DNA from: Candidatus Azambacteria bacterium
GTDB lineage: Bacteria; Patescibacteriota; Minisyncoccia; GWC2-36-17; WO2-46-25
Length of the DNA stretch: 64,000 bases
Direction of reading: 5' to 3'
Assembly (NCBI GenBank): GCA_016200965.1
Contig: JACQDT010000021.1
Coordinates: 86-64,085 of the forward strand
The position numbers and the translations under genes were made by a program. The number at the start of each line of letters is the position of its first letter. Positions within the stretch are counted from its first letter, which is position 1. A model generated the notes under the pieces. The model was not told the DNA's origin and did no database searches. It was given only the letters and a program-made list of their open reading frames with translations. Below are positions 1 through 8,229 of this stretch, in pieces.

Positions 1-68
1 TACAAAGCGCTGGCGGGGGAGAAAATGTAAACAACGCGACCAATCCTTACAATTAAGACAATATTGAT

Positions 69-1040
69 ATGTACGATGTACTTGTGGTGGGAAGCGGCAT
101 CGCGTCCTTTTCAGCGGCGATGTTCGCGGCCAAAAAAAAGGTTACGGTGCAGGTGATTGCCGATGCAACCGGCGGTCAGGCGGCGCGGCAATGGGACATG
201 TACAGTTATCCCGGGTATTTGGGCAAAGACGGCGACCCGCGAACCAAGAGAGCGGAGCAGTCGTCATATGACGGCGCACAATTGGTGCAGAACATACGAA
301 AACAAGCCGAAGAGCTTGGCGTGGCTGTTGCGGAGGCAGAAGGCGGCATTCAAAAAATTTCTTTTCGGCAGGAGCATAATCACGAGATTTTTATATTGGA
401 AGACGCTGGGGGGAATGTGTATGAAGGAAATACGGTTATCATCGCGTCGGGGAAAAAACCGAGAAAGCTTGGTGTGCCGGGAGAAGACGAATTCATCGGA
501 AAAGGGGTTTCGTACGGAATGGAGGAAAGCGCTCAGGCATTTGAGGGAAAGTCGGTAGCCGTGGTGGGCGCGGGGAATGCTGGCCTTGACGTCGCGCTCG
601 CGCTTTCAAAATACGCCAAGAAGCTCTCTATCGTGGAAGTAGGAGATCGCGCAGGAGGCGACAAGTCAACGCAGGAAAAACTCGCGCAGAGTAAAAACGT
701 TGTATATATATTGAACGCGGCGGTGCAGAAAATTATCGGCAACGAGTGGGTTGGCGGCGTAGAATATATAAGCAAAACAACAGGAGAAACGAATCAGCTG
801 GAAGTGGATCAGGTATTCGTGACCACCGGAATGAATCCTAATTCTGATTTTCTCCGGGGATTTTGCGAGGTCAATCAGAGCGGCGAAGTGGTCATTAATC
901 CCCGCACGAATGCCACGAGCCATGTGGGAGTGTTCGCGGCGGGCGATGTAACCGATATTCCTGAAAAAGAGGCGATTATCGCGGCGGGCGAAGGCGCAAA
1001 AGCAGCCCTGCAATGCGTGAAGTGGCTTGTGGATAGGTAA
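69..1040 (+). CDS. Thioredoxin-reductase-like FAD/NAD(P) flavoprotein lacking the CxxC redox motif; carries an in-frame family-A repeat
   Basis: N-terminal GxGxxS FAD Rossmann and second GAGNAG NAD(P) Rossmann; colinear with the downstream TrxB, but the CxxC position reads YGMEESAQ; 14-aa insert DPRTKRAEQSSYDG relative to the paralog. Confidence 0.8.
   Translation: MYDVLVVGSGIASFSAAMFAAKKKVTVQVIADATGGQAARQWDMYSYPGYLGKDGDPRTKRAEQSSYDGAQLVQNIRKQAEELGVAVAEAEGGIQKISFRQEHNHEIFILEDAGGNVYEGNTVIIASGKKPRKLGVPGEDEFIGKGVSYGMEESAQAFEGKSVAVVGAGNAGLDVALALSKYAKKLSIVEVGDRAGGDKSTQEKLAQSKNVVYILNAAVQKIIGNEWVGGVEYISKTTGETNQLEVDQVFVTTGMNPNSDFLRGFCEVNQSGEVVINPRTNATSHVGVFAAGDVTDIPEKEAIIAAGEGAKAALQCVKWLVDR
234..275 (+). 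repeat. Family-A 42-nt repeat unit, in frame in the TrxR-like gene
   Basis: acccgcgaaccaagagagcggagcagtcgtcatatgacgg matches the units at 40473-40555, 42388-42471 and 14688-14712/14778-14798. Confidence 0.85.
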
Positions 1041-1062
1041 TTGGTGTATAATAAATTTATCT

Positions 1063-1989
1063 ATGATGTATGATATTGTGATCATCGGCGGCGGACCGGC
1101 CGGATGCGCTGCGGGAGTGTATGCCGCGCGTAAAAAATTGAAAGCGTTGCTTTTAACCGAAACATTCGGCGGCCAGTCCATCGTGTCGGATGATATTCAG
1201 AACTGGGTGGGCGCAAAATCCATCTCCGGTTTTGATTTGGCGAAAAATCTTGAAGAGCATGTGCGCGCGCAGGAAGGGATAGAAATTAAGGTGCCGGAAA
1301 AAGGCGCGGCGGTCAAAGAAATCAAAGGCGGGTTTGAGGTGACCTCCGATAAAGGAGCGACGTATCAAACAAAGACGGTGCTTATCGCGTCGGGCGGAAG
1401 GCGGAGAAAGCTCGGCGTGCCGGGCGAAGAAAAATTCAACGGTAAGGGTGTGGCGTATTGTTCCACGTGCGACGCGCCATTATTTAAAGGAAAGACGGTA
1501 GTAGTTGTCGGCGGGGGCAATGCGGGGCTTGAGGCGGCGGTGGATTTGTTGCCGTACGCCGCGAAGATCTATCTTTTGGAATTCGGAAGTGCATTGAAGG
1601 GTGATCCGGTCACGCAGGCAGAATTGAAAAAGTCGCCGATGGTGACGATTATCACCAACGCTCAGACAAAGGAAGTGATGGGAGACAAGTTCGTGTCCGG
1701 CTTGAAATATTCGGATCGCTCGACCAATGAAGAAAAAACGCTTGAGGTCGGCGGCATATTTGTGGAAATCGGCTCCATCCCCAATTCGGAAATGGTAAAA
1801 GGCCTGGTGGAAATGAACCCCATCGGAGAAATTCTTGTGGACCATAAGCATTCGTCCACGTCCAAAGTCGGGATATGGGCCGCGGGCGACGTAACGGACG
1901 ATCCGTACAAGCAAAATAATATTTCCGCTGGGGATGCAGTAAAGGCGACGCTTTCTATTTATAATTATCTGCTGAAAACAAAAAAATAA
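1063..1989 (+). CDS. trxB: Thioredoxin reductase
   Basis: IIGGGPAG FAD motif, redox-active CSTC (CxxC), GGGNAG NADPH motif; ATG at 1063 preferred over the TTG at 1027 that overlaps the upstream stop. Confidence 0.85.
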   Translation: MMYDIVIIGGGPAGCAAGVYAARKKLKALLLTETFGGQSIVSDDIQNWVGAKSISGFDLAKNLEEHVRAQEGIEIKVPEKGAAVKEIKGGFEVTSDKGATYQTKTVLIASGGRRRKLGVPGEEKFNGKGVAYCSTCDAPLFKGKTVVVVGGGNAGLEAAVDLLPYAAKIYLLEFGSALKGDPVTQAELKKSPMVTIITNAQTKEVMGDKFVSGLKYSDRSTNEEKTLEVGGIFVEIGSIPNSEMVKGLVEMNPIGEILVDHKHSSTSKVGIWAAGDVTDDPYKQNNISAGDAVKATLSIYNYLLKTKK

Positions 1990-1992
1990 TTC

Positions 1993-3003
1993 ATGATTAA
2001 AGTCGCCATTAACGGATTTGGGAGAATAGGAAGGATGTTTTTTCGCGTTGCTTTCGACAATCCGGAGATAGAAATAGTCGCCGTGAACGATCTGGGCGGT
2101 GCTGAAAATCTTGCGTATCTTTTGCAATATGATTCCGTCTATCGGAAATGGGAGAAGGAGGCGCGGACCGAAGGAGGAAATCTGGTCGTGGACGGCAAAA
2201 AAATAAAATTCACGCAGGAAAAAGACCCGACGAAACTGCCGTGGGGCACGCTTGGCGTTGATGTGGTGGTGGAATCCACGGGCGTGTTTGAAACGTTTGA
2301 GAAAGCCGCGGTGCATCTTCAGGCGGGTGCGAAGCGCGTGGTGATATCGGCGCCGGCAAAAGACGAGGATGGCACCGGCAAGACGGTGCTGTTGGGTATC
2401 AACGAGGAGGAATTGAAAACATGCAAAGTGAGTTCCAACGGCTCATGCACGACGAATTCCGTGCATCCGGTGATGCATATTTTAAATGAAGCCATCGGCA
2501 TAAAAAAGGCGATGTTGACCACCATTCATTCTTATACCGCATCGCAAAAGTTAGTGGACGCTCCCGATAAAGGCGACTGGCGCAGAGGACGCGCCGCGGC
2601 GGGCAATATTGTGCCGTCCACCACAGGCGCCGCGGTGTCAGTGACGCGGGCGGTGAAAGGTCTGAAAGGGCTTTTTGACGGCATTGCCCTGCGTGTACCG
2701 ACCATTTCGGGGTCGGTGTCCGACATCACCTTCCTCGCCAAGCGCCACACGAGCGTGGCGGAAATAAACGGCGCCATGAAGGCGGCGGCGAAGGACCCCC
2801 GATGGAGCGGTATTTTTAAAACCACCACCGATGAGATTGTGTCTTCTGACATCATCGGAGAATCGCACGCCTCAATCGTTGATTTGAAATTCACGAAGGT
2901 CGTGGACGGAGACCTGGTGAAGGTGCTCGCGTGGTACGACAATGAAATGGGGTACACGCATGCGCTGGTGCGTCACGTCATTAAAGCAGGCGCGCTTATA
3001 TAA
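1993..3003 (+). CDS. gap: Glyceraldehyde-3-phosphate dehydrogenase
   Basis: NGFGRIGR N-terminus, active-site SNGSCTTN, length 336 aa. Confidence 0.93.
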   Translation: MIKVAINGFGRIGRMFFRVAFDNPEIEIVAVNDLGGAENLAYLLQYDSVYRKWEKEARTEGGNLVVDGKKIKFTQEKDPTKLPWGTLGVDVVVESTGVFETFEKAAVHLQAGAKRVVISAPAKDEDGTGKTVLLGINEEELKTCKVSSNGSCTTNSVHPVMHILNEAIGIKKAMLTTIHSYTASQKLVDAPDKGDWRRGRAAAGNIVPSTTGAAVSVTRAVKGLKGLFDGIALRVPTISGSVSDITFLAKRHTSVAEINGAMKAAAKDPRWSGIFKTTTDEIVSSDIIGESHASIVDLKFTKVVDGDLVKVLAWYDNEMGYTHALVRHVIKAGALI

Positions 3004-3004
3004 G

Positions 3005-3274
3005 ATGTTCAACGATTACAATTTCTATATTTTTATTTTGCTTTTTTTATTTGGGGTTCTTCTTTTTGCGTTCAACGGTTTTATCGCGCACCCCTACTAT
3101 ATTGATGTGCTTGCGCTGATCCTTCTTGCGGTGCCAGTAATGGGTTTTGTGTATCTTTTGAAATTTCCCAACGCAAATACAACGCCCTTTTACATCCTTT
3201 TTTCGGCCCTGTTGGGCGCGTACACGCTCATATTTATCATAGTGAGGGTGTACGATATATTCAATCGCATATGA
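3005..3274 (+). CDS. Hypothetical small membrane protein
   Basis: ATG right after the gap stop; ~89 aa with three hydrophobic segments. Confidence 0.45.
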   Translation: MFNDYNFYIFILLFLFGVLLFAFNGFIAHPYYIDVLALILLAVPVMGFVYLLKFPNANTTPFYILFSALLGAYTLIFIIVRVYDIFNRI

Positions 3275-3717
3275 CGATATACCTTGGTTCTGATCATGCG
3301 GGATTTAAGTTGAAAGAAAAGGTGAAGGCGGCGCTTGGGCAATGGGGTTATGAGGTTGCCGATCTCGGGGCTTTTTCGCTTGATACAAACGACGATTACC
3401 CCGATTTCATTACACCCGTGGCAAAAGCGGTGGCGCATGATTTGATAGAGGGTAAAGAATCATTCGGCGTCATTTTCGGCGGTTCGGGGCAGGGCGAGGC
3501 GATGGCGGCAAACCGCGTGGACGGTGTGCGTGCGGCCGAGTATTACGGCGGGCCGCTTGATACCGTCAAGCTTTCGCGCGAGCACAACAACGCGAATGTG
3601 CTTTCCATCGGCGCGCGGTTTGTTAAAGATCAGGAAGCGCTTGATGCCGTCAAGTTATGGCTCGGCACGCCGTTTTCAAACGACGCGCGGCATGTACGAA
3701 GGATAATGAAGTTTTAA
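3271..3717 (+). CDS. rpiB: Ribose-5-phosphate isomerase B (RpiB/LacAB family)
   Basis: 148 aa; MTIYLGSDHAGFKLKE N-terminus and GGSGQGEAMAANR motif typical of RpiB. Confidence 0.85.
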   Translation: MTIYLGSDHAGFKLKEKVKAALGQWGYEVADLGAFSLDTNDDYPDFITPVAKAVAHDLIEGKESFGVIFGGSGQGEAMAANRVDGVRAAEYYGGPLDTVKLSREHNNANVLSIGARFVKDQEALDAVKLWLGTPFSNDARHVRRIMKF

Positions 3718-3719
3718 AT

Positions 3720-3983
3720 ATGCATCTGACCCCACTGGAGATAATATTAGTCATTTCAACGCTCCTGGAATTCAATCCTTTATTCCAGGCGGTGAAAAGC
3801 ATCAGGATGAAAAGCGTCAAAAACGTTTCCATTTCAACATTTCTTTCGATTCTCATCATTGGAACGTTGTGGCTCTATTATGGAATTACGATAATGAACA
3901 TTCCACTTATCATCGGTAATGCGATAAAATTATTCACCGCTTTGACCGTTGTTGTTATTTATTTCAAATATAGAAACCATTAG
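3720..3983 (+). CDS. SemiSWEET / PQ-loop family sugar transporter (3-TM)
   Basis: ~88 aa, 3 TM helices; colinear similarity to bacterial SemiSWEETs (FNPLFQ vs FLPQ PQ-motif region, WLYYG, NIPLIIGNAIKLF, IYFKYR); sits inside the sugar-phosphate cluster. Confidence 0.55.
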   Translation: MHLTPLEIILVISTLLEFNPLFQAVKSIRMKSVKNVSISTFLSILIIGTLWLYYGITIMNIPLIIGNAIKLFTALTVVVIYFKYRNH

Positions 3984-3985
3984 GT

Positions 3986-4735
3986 ATGTCCGAAATAATC
4001 CCTGCAATCATCGCGAAAGACAAAGAAGAATTGCAGCGCAAGCTCTCCTTGGTGGAGGGCCTTGTTTCGTGGGCGCAGATCGACGTGACCGACGGCGTAT
4101 TCACGCCGGCAACGACGTGGCCTTACGTCGACGGCGTAATTTCCAATTTCCAATTTCCAATTTCCAAACTTAATTTGGAAGTTCATCTTATGGTAAAAAA
4201 TCCTGAACATACGATTGCCAACTGGCTTGCTTCGCCCGTGAAACGCATTTTGCTTCATTACGAATCAACCGCGCCGGAGCGCATAGCGGAGTTAATCGGA
4301 AAAATTACCGCATCAGGCAAAGAAGCGGGGCTCGTTTTGAAATTAGAAACTCCTCTCTCTGTTCTTGACGATCTGTTTCACGCTTCACGCTCCCTGTTTG
4401 TCCAAGAGCGAAGCGATTGGCAACAAACAGCAGTCCAGCGAGGCCACAGGCAGAGTCGTGGCTTCACGCTTCACGTTGTACAACTCATGGGTATCGCCGA
4501 AATCGGCTACTACGGGCATGGATTTGAGCCGTACGCGCTTGACCGCATCAAGGCGTTGCGGGCAAAATATCCGGATGTTACAATAGAAGTAGATGGCGGA
4601 GTGAATCTAGAAAATGCTTCGGTGATTGCGCGGGCGGGAGCGGATAATCTTATTTCAGGAAGCGCGATTTTCAAAACTGACGACGTGAAGGGGGCGATTG
4701 ATGAGTTTAAATCTATCCTACGTTCTACTCCCTAA
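3986..4735 (+). CDS. rpe: Ribulose-phosphate 3-epimerase with an in-frame repeat-element insertion
   Basis: N-terminal IDVTDG...HLMV and C-terminal EVDGGVN...ISGSAIF Rpe motifs; ~32 extra aa (FHASRSLFVQERSDWQQTAVQRGHRQSRGFTLH) where homologs are colinear. Confidence 0.85.
   Translation: MSEIIPAIIAKDKEELQRKLSLVEGLVSWAQIDVTDGVFTPATTWPYVDGVISNFQFPISKLNLEVHLMVKNPEHTIANWLASPVKRILLHYESTAPERIAELIGKITASGKEAGLVLKLETPLSVLDDLFHASRSLFVQERSDWQQTAVQRGHRQSRGFTLHVVQLMGIAEIGYYGHGFEPYALDRIKALRAKYPDVTIEVDGGVNLENASVIARAGADNLISGSAIFKTDDVKGAIDEFKSILRSTP
4138..4165 (+). repeat. Heptanucleotide tandem repeat (AATTTCC)x4 inside the rpe coding sequence
   Basis: Four perfect 7-nt units read directly, encoding ISNFQFPISK; followed by the palindrome ttccaaacttaatttggaa. 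Confidence 0.9.
4377..4475 (+). repeat. Family-B repeat element (quasi-palindromic core ~4389-4463) flanked by direct repeats ttcacgcttcacg; 99 nt total, in frame in rpe
   Basis: Core ctccctgtttgtccaagagcgaagcgattggcaacaaacagcagtccagcgaggcc..gagtcgtggct recurs reverse-complemented at 14713-14777; ctgtttgtccaa/ttggcaacaaacag forms an imperfect hairpin. Confidence 0.85.
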
Positions 4736-4753
4736 TTTTCATTTTCTGTTTTT

Positions 4754-5650
4754 ATGCCGCACTTACACGACGAAAAAATAAAATTTTTGGAAGGGAAAGC
4801 GAACGAGATACGCCAAAGCATCATTGAGATGCTCCTTGCGGCGGGCTCGGGACATACGGCGGGACCTTTGGATATGGCGGATATTTTTACGCTGTTTTAT
4901 TTTCATATCCTGAAGCACGACCCCAAGAATCCTGCATGGCCCGAGCGCGACCGCCTTATTCTCTCAAATGGCCACATTTGCCCGGTACTCTACGCCGCGA
5001 TGGCGCATGCGGGATATTTCCCCGTTAAAGAATTAAAAACGTTGCGAAAATTCGGATCGCGTTTGCAGGGGCACCCGCACCGAGAATGGCTTCCCGCGCT
5101 TGAAACAAGTTCGGGGCCGCTTGGTTCCGGCCTGTCACAGGCAGTCGGCATGGCGCTTGCGGAGCGGATGGATCACGGCAAGGCAACGCCGAAATTTTTT
5201 TATTGCTTCATGGGAGACGGGGAACTCGACTGCGGGCAAATATGGGAGGCGGCGATGCTCGCGGGGAAAGAAAAATTGCATAACGTCATCGGCATCATTG
5301 ATCGCAACAACATCCAGATAGACGGCTTTACGGAGGACATTATGCCAATGGAGCCGCTCAAAGCAAAATGGGAGTCGTTTGGCTGGCATGTGCTTGAAAT
5401 AGACGGGCATAACTTTGAAGCTATCAACGACGCGGTGGGGCAGGCGCAGGCGGTGTTTGAAAAACCATCAGTGATTATCGCGCACACGATTCCGGGAAAG
5501 GGCGTGGACTTTACCGAACGCAGATTCGAGTGGCACGGCAATCCTCCGGGTCTCGGCCCCGAGGATGTGATAAAAAAGGGCGAGCAGGGAAAAGAAGCGC
5601 TGAACGAATTACGTACGCTGGGAGGAAAAATCAAAAGCGAGCATCAATGA
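4754..5650 (+). CDS. tkt: Transketolase, N-terminal subunit (split transketolase)
   Basis: GSGHTAGPL, DRLILSNGH and GPLGSGL thiamine-diphosphate-binding motifs; 298 aa. Confidence 0.88.
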   Translation: MPHLHDEKIKFLEGKANEIRQSIIEMLLAAGSGHTAGPLDMADIFTLFYFHILKHDPKNPAWPERDRLILSNGHICPVLYAAMAHAGYFPVKELKTLRKFGSRLQGHPHREWLPALETSSGPLGSGLSQAVGMALAERMDHGKATPKFFYCFMGDGELDCGQIWEAAMLAGKEKLHNVIGIIDRNNIQIDGFTEDIMPMEPLKAKWESFGWHVLEIDGHNFEAINDAVGQAQAVFEKPSVIIAHTIPGKGVDFTERRFEWHGNPPGLGPEDVIKKGEQGKEALNELRTLGGKIKSEHQ

Positions 5651-6225
5651 AATTGATGCGAAGTCCCGTACCGAACTTGTTCTGGTGCGGGGCGAACATG
5701 AGTAATAACAACATGAGCAAAAAATACTTTATTTTAATTAGTGTAATAGTAATTTTAATCGCAGGAGCTTATTTCTACTTTCAAATTCCTAATCAACGGA
5801 TCGCTAGTGAAACGAAAAGAATTAATGATTCTATAGAAGAATCTAAGAACAATACTAAAGAACTTTTAGATAAAAATGTTAATAATCTTGTTGAAAATTT
5901 AAGACAAACGCAAGCCAATGCGAAAAGTGGAAAAAATGATCTTGCGTGGGGAATTCATCTAATTAACAAGGATTCTGAAAATTCTTTCTATGAAATCTTC
6001 TCAACTGCTTCTGATTATGCTCAGGCTAGAACGAAGGAAATGATCTCTTTGGATAAAAATGTAAAATTCTGCCGCCCCCTCCAAGAAAGCATGGATGTAG
6101 TATTTGCAAAAGGTGAGGGAACAATTAATACTGATACTTCAATTATCCTCTGTTTTAGACATGGTTATACAGACCCCAGATTAATTAATATAAATGGAAG
6201 CGGAGAAATCTCATCATTGGAATAG
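5647..6225 (+). CDS. Hypothetical membrane-anchored protein inserted between the transketolase halves
   Basis: ATG overlaps the tktN TGA (aATGA); N-terminal TM (ILISVIVILIAGAYFY); locally AT-rich; no recognisable family. Confidence 0.5.
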   Translation: MKLMRSPVPNLFWCGANMSNNNMSKKYFILISVIVILIAGAYFYFQIPNQRIASETKRINDSIEESKNNTKELLDKNVNNLVENLRQTQANAKSGKNDLAWGIHLINKDSENSFYEIFSTASDYAQARTKEMISLDKNVKFCRPLQESMDVVFAKGEGTINTDTSIILCFRHGYTDPRLININGSGEISSLE

Positions 6226-6230
6226 GAAAT

Positions 6231-7247
6231 TTGTACAAAATAATTTCTTCTATGCCCCTCAATCCAAAGATAAAATTAAATCCAAAACTGTTTGATAAAG
6301 ACGCGGAGCAGTTGCCTATCCGCAAGGGATACGGCGATGGGTTGTTGGAAGCGGGCAAACAGGATAAAAATGTTGTTGCGCTCTGTGCCGATCTTACGGG
6401 CTCCACAATGACGAGCACGTTTTCAAAAGTATTTCCTGAACGATTCGTGCAAATGGGAATAGGAGAGCAGTCCATGGCCTCCGTCGCCTCCGGCATAGCG
6501 GCGATGGGAAAGATTCCGTTTCTCGCCTCCTACGCGATGTTCTCTCCGGGGCGCAACTGGGAACAAATCCGCACGACGATCTGCTATAACAATCAAAACG
6601 TAAAAATCGCGGGGGCGCACGCGGGAGTATCCGTCGGCCCCGACGGCGGGACTCATCAAGCGATAGAAGATATCGCTATTACGCGCGTGATTCCGCGCAT
6701 GACGGTGCTCACCCCTTGCGACGCAATCGAGGCGAAGAAGGCGACGCTTGCCGCCGCAAAGATGAAAGGGCCGGTCTATATCCGCCTCGCGCGCGAGAAG
6801 ACGCCGATTATCACCACCGAAGAAACGCCATTTGAAATCGGCAAGGCGCAATACTTTTTTATGCCGTCCGGAGCGCCGCAGGTTGGCATCATCGCCATCG
6901 GCGCGTTGGTCTACAACGCGATGGTAGCCGCGAAAGAACTCGAAGCGGAAGGTATTATGGCGACGATAGTGAATTTGGGAACCGTAAAACCAATGGACGA
7001 AAAAACTGTTATTGAACTCGCAAAAACGACAGGTGCGATTGTGACGGTGGAAGAGCATCAGATACATGGAGGCATGGGGTCGCTTGTGGCGCAGGCGTGC
7101 GCGGAGAAACAGCCGACGCCGATTGAATTCATCGGCGTGCGCGACGTATTCGGCCAGTCAGGCGAGCCGAATGAGCTTATTGAACATTACGGGATGGGCG
7201 TTTCCCATATCAAGCAAGCCGTCAAAAAAGTAATTGCACGAAAATAA
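6231..7247 (+). CDS. tkt: Transketolase, C-terminal subunit
   Basis: GIGEQSMASVASGIA, FLASYAMF and pyrimidine-binding/C-terminal domain motifs; 338 aa. Confidence 0.88.
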   Translation: MYKIISSMPLNPKIKLNPKLFDKDAEQLPIRKGYGDGLLEAGKQDKNVVALCADLTGSTMTSTFSKVFPERFVQMGIGEQSMASVASGIAAMGKIPFLASYAMFSPGRNWEQIRTTICYNNQNVKIAGAHAGVSVGPDGGTHQAIEDIAITRVIPRMTVLTPCDAIEAKKATLAAAKMKGPVYIRLAREKTPIITTEETPFEIGKAQYFFMPSGAPQVGIIAIGALVYNAMVAAKELEAEGIMATIVNLGTVKPMDEKTVIELAKTTGAIVTVEEHQIHGGMGSLVAQACAEKQPTPIEFIGVRDVFGQSGEPNELIEHYGMGVSHIKQAVKKVIARK

Positions 7248-7248
7248 A

Positions 7249-8229
7249 ATGTACGACATCATTTCAGTCGGCGACGCCACCATTGACCATTTTTTTTTCA
7301 TCCACGATGCGTCGGTGGTATGCGACATCAATAAAGAGGACTGCAAATTGACGATCAATTACGCGGACAAACTCCCGGTAGACAAGTATCTGCGTTTTAC
7401 CGCGGGCAACGCGATGAATCACGCGATAAGCTCCTCTTTGCTCGGTTTGAAAACCGCGTTTTATACGGTCATAGGAGAGGATAGTGCCGGCAACGACATC
7501 GTGGAGCAGTTGAAAAAATACAATGTCGGTTTGGAATATATCCAAAAAGACAAAGAAAATTCAACCAATGTGTCCGGCGTTGTTTCATTCCACGGCGAGC
7601 GCACTATTTTGGTGTATCACATCGCGCGCAAGTACTGGCTTCCCATGGAAATGAAAACAAAGTGGCTGTATCTGACGTCCGCCGGACCGCAGTCCGCGGT
7701 GCCATTGCTTCACGGACAGGTGGCCTCGTATCTTGCGAAAAATCCGTCCGTGAAGTTCGCGTTCAATCCGGGCACGCACCAGATGCATCTGGGCATGGAG
7801 GCGCTGAAGCCGCTGTTTGCCCGTTCGGAAATTCTGTTTATGAACAAAGAGGAGTATGAGCGCGTGCTCGGATTTCCTGCGGGGTCCGATGTGAAGGAAC
7901 TCATGACTAACATGCGCGAATTTGGCCCCCTTATATGCGTGCTTACCGACGGTCCCAAAGGATCGTACTCGTATGATGGCATCACTTTCCGCCATTTGGA
8001 AATCTATGACAGTCCCGTGGTGGAACGTACCGGTTGCGGCGACGCGTTCGGCGCCGCGTTTACCGCCGCGCGCGTGTACGGCTTGAGCGTGGATGAAGCG
8101 ATGCGCTGGGGGACGTTCAATTCGGCCTATGTTATCCGCATTCCCGGCCCGCAAAACGGCCTGCTCAAAAAAGACGAGATGCTTTCGTTGCTGAAGGACT
8201 CCAAGGATTTCAAGCCGAGAGAAATATAA
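7249..8229 (+). CDS. PfkB-family carbohydrate kinase (ribokinase/fructokinase-like)
   Basis: N-terminal SVGDATIDHF and C-terminal GCGDAFGAAF PfkB signature. Confidence 0.8.
   Translation: MYDIISVGDATIDHFFFIHDASVVCDINKEDCKLTINYADKLPVDKYLRFTAGNAMNHAISSSLLGLKTAFYTVIGEDSAGNDIVEQLKKYNVGLEYIQKDKENSTNVSGVVSFHGERTILVYHIARKYWLPMEMKTKWLYLTSAGPQSAVPLLHGQVASYLAKNPSVKFAFNPGTHQMHLGMEALKPLFARSEILFMNKEEYERVLGFPAGSDVKELMTNMREFGPLICVLTDGPKGSYSYDGITFRHLEIYDSPVVERTGCGDAFGAAFTAARVYGLSVDEAMRWGTFNSAYVIRIPGPQNGLLKKDEMLSLLKDSKDFKPREI

Noticed and set aside
157-558. Alternative-frame ORFs containing RERSSR/SAFAGC/SSYDD peptides (157-558, 40272-40662, 42288-42488, 14467-14772, 4365-4586)
   Set aside because: These are the other five reading frames of the repeat units, lying inside well-supported genes (TrxR-like, recG, rplJ, rpe). 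They are shadow ORFs, not genes, but they helped locate the repeat copies.
1027-1062. TTG start at 1027 for trxB
   Set aside because: It overlaps the upstream stop and adds a hydrophobic non-conserved N-terminus. ATG at 1063 gives the canonical MYDIVIIGGG start.
2532-2957. Minus-strand ORFs inside gap, tmk (27965-28321), glyA (33091-34068), tkt and others
   Set aside because: They lie entirely antisense to strongly supported conserved genes and show no family similarity; these are spurious six-frame ORFs.
4377-4475. Intein or mini-intein in rpe
   Set aside because: The insert is ~33 aa with no splicing blocks (no Cys/Ser +1, HN, etc.), and the same DNA recurs in rplJ in the opposite orientation. 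It is a nucleotide-level repeat.
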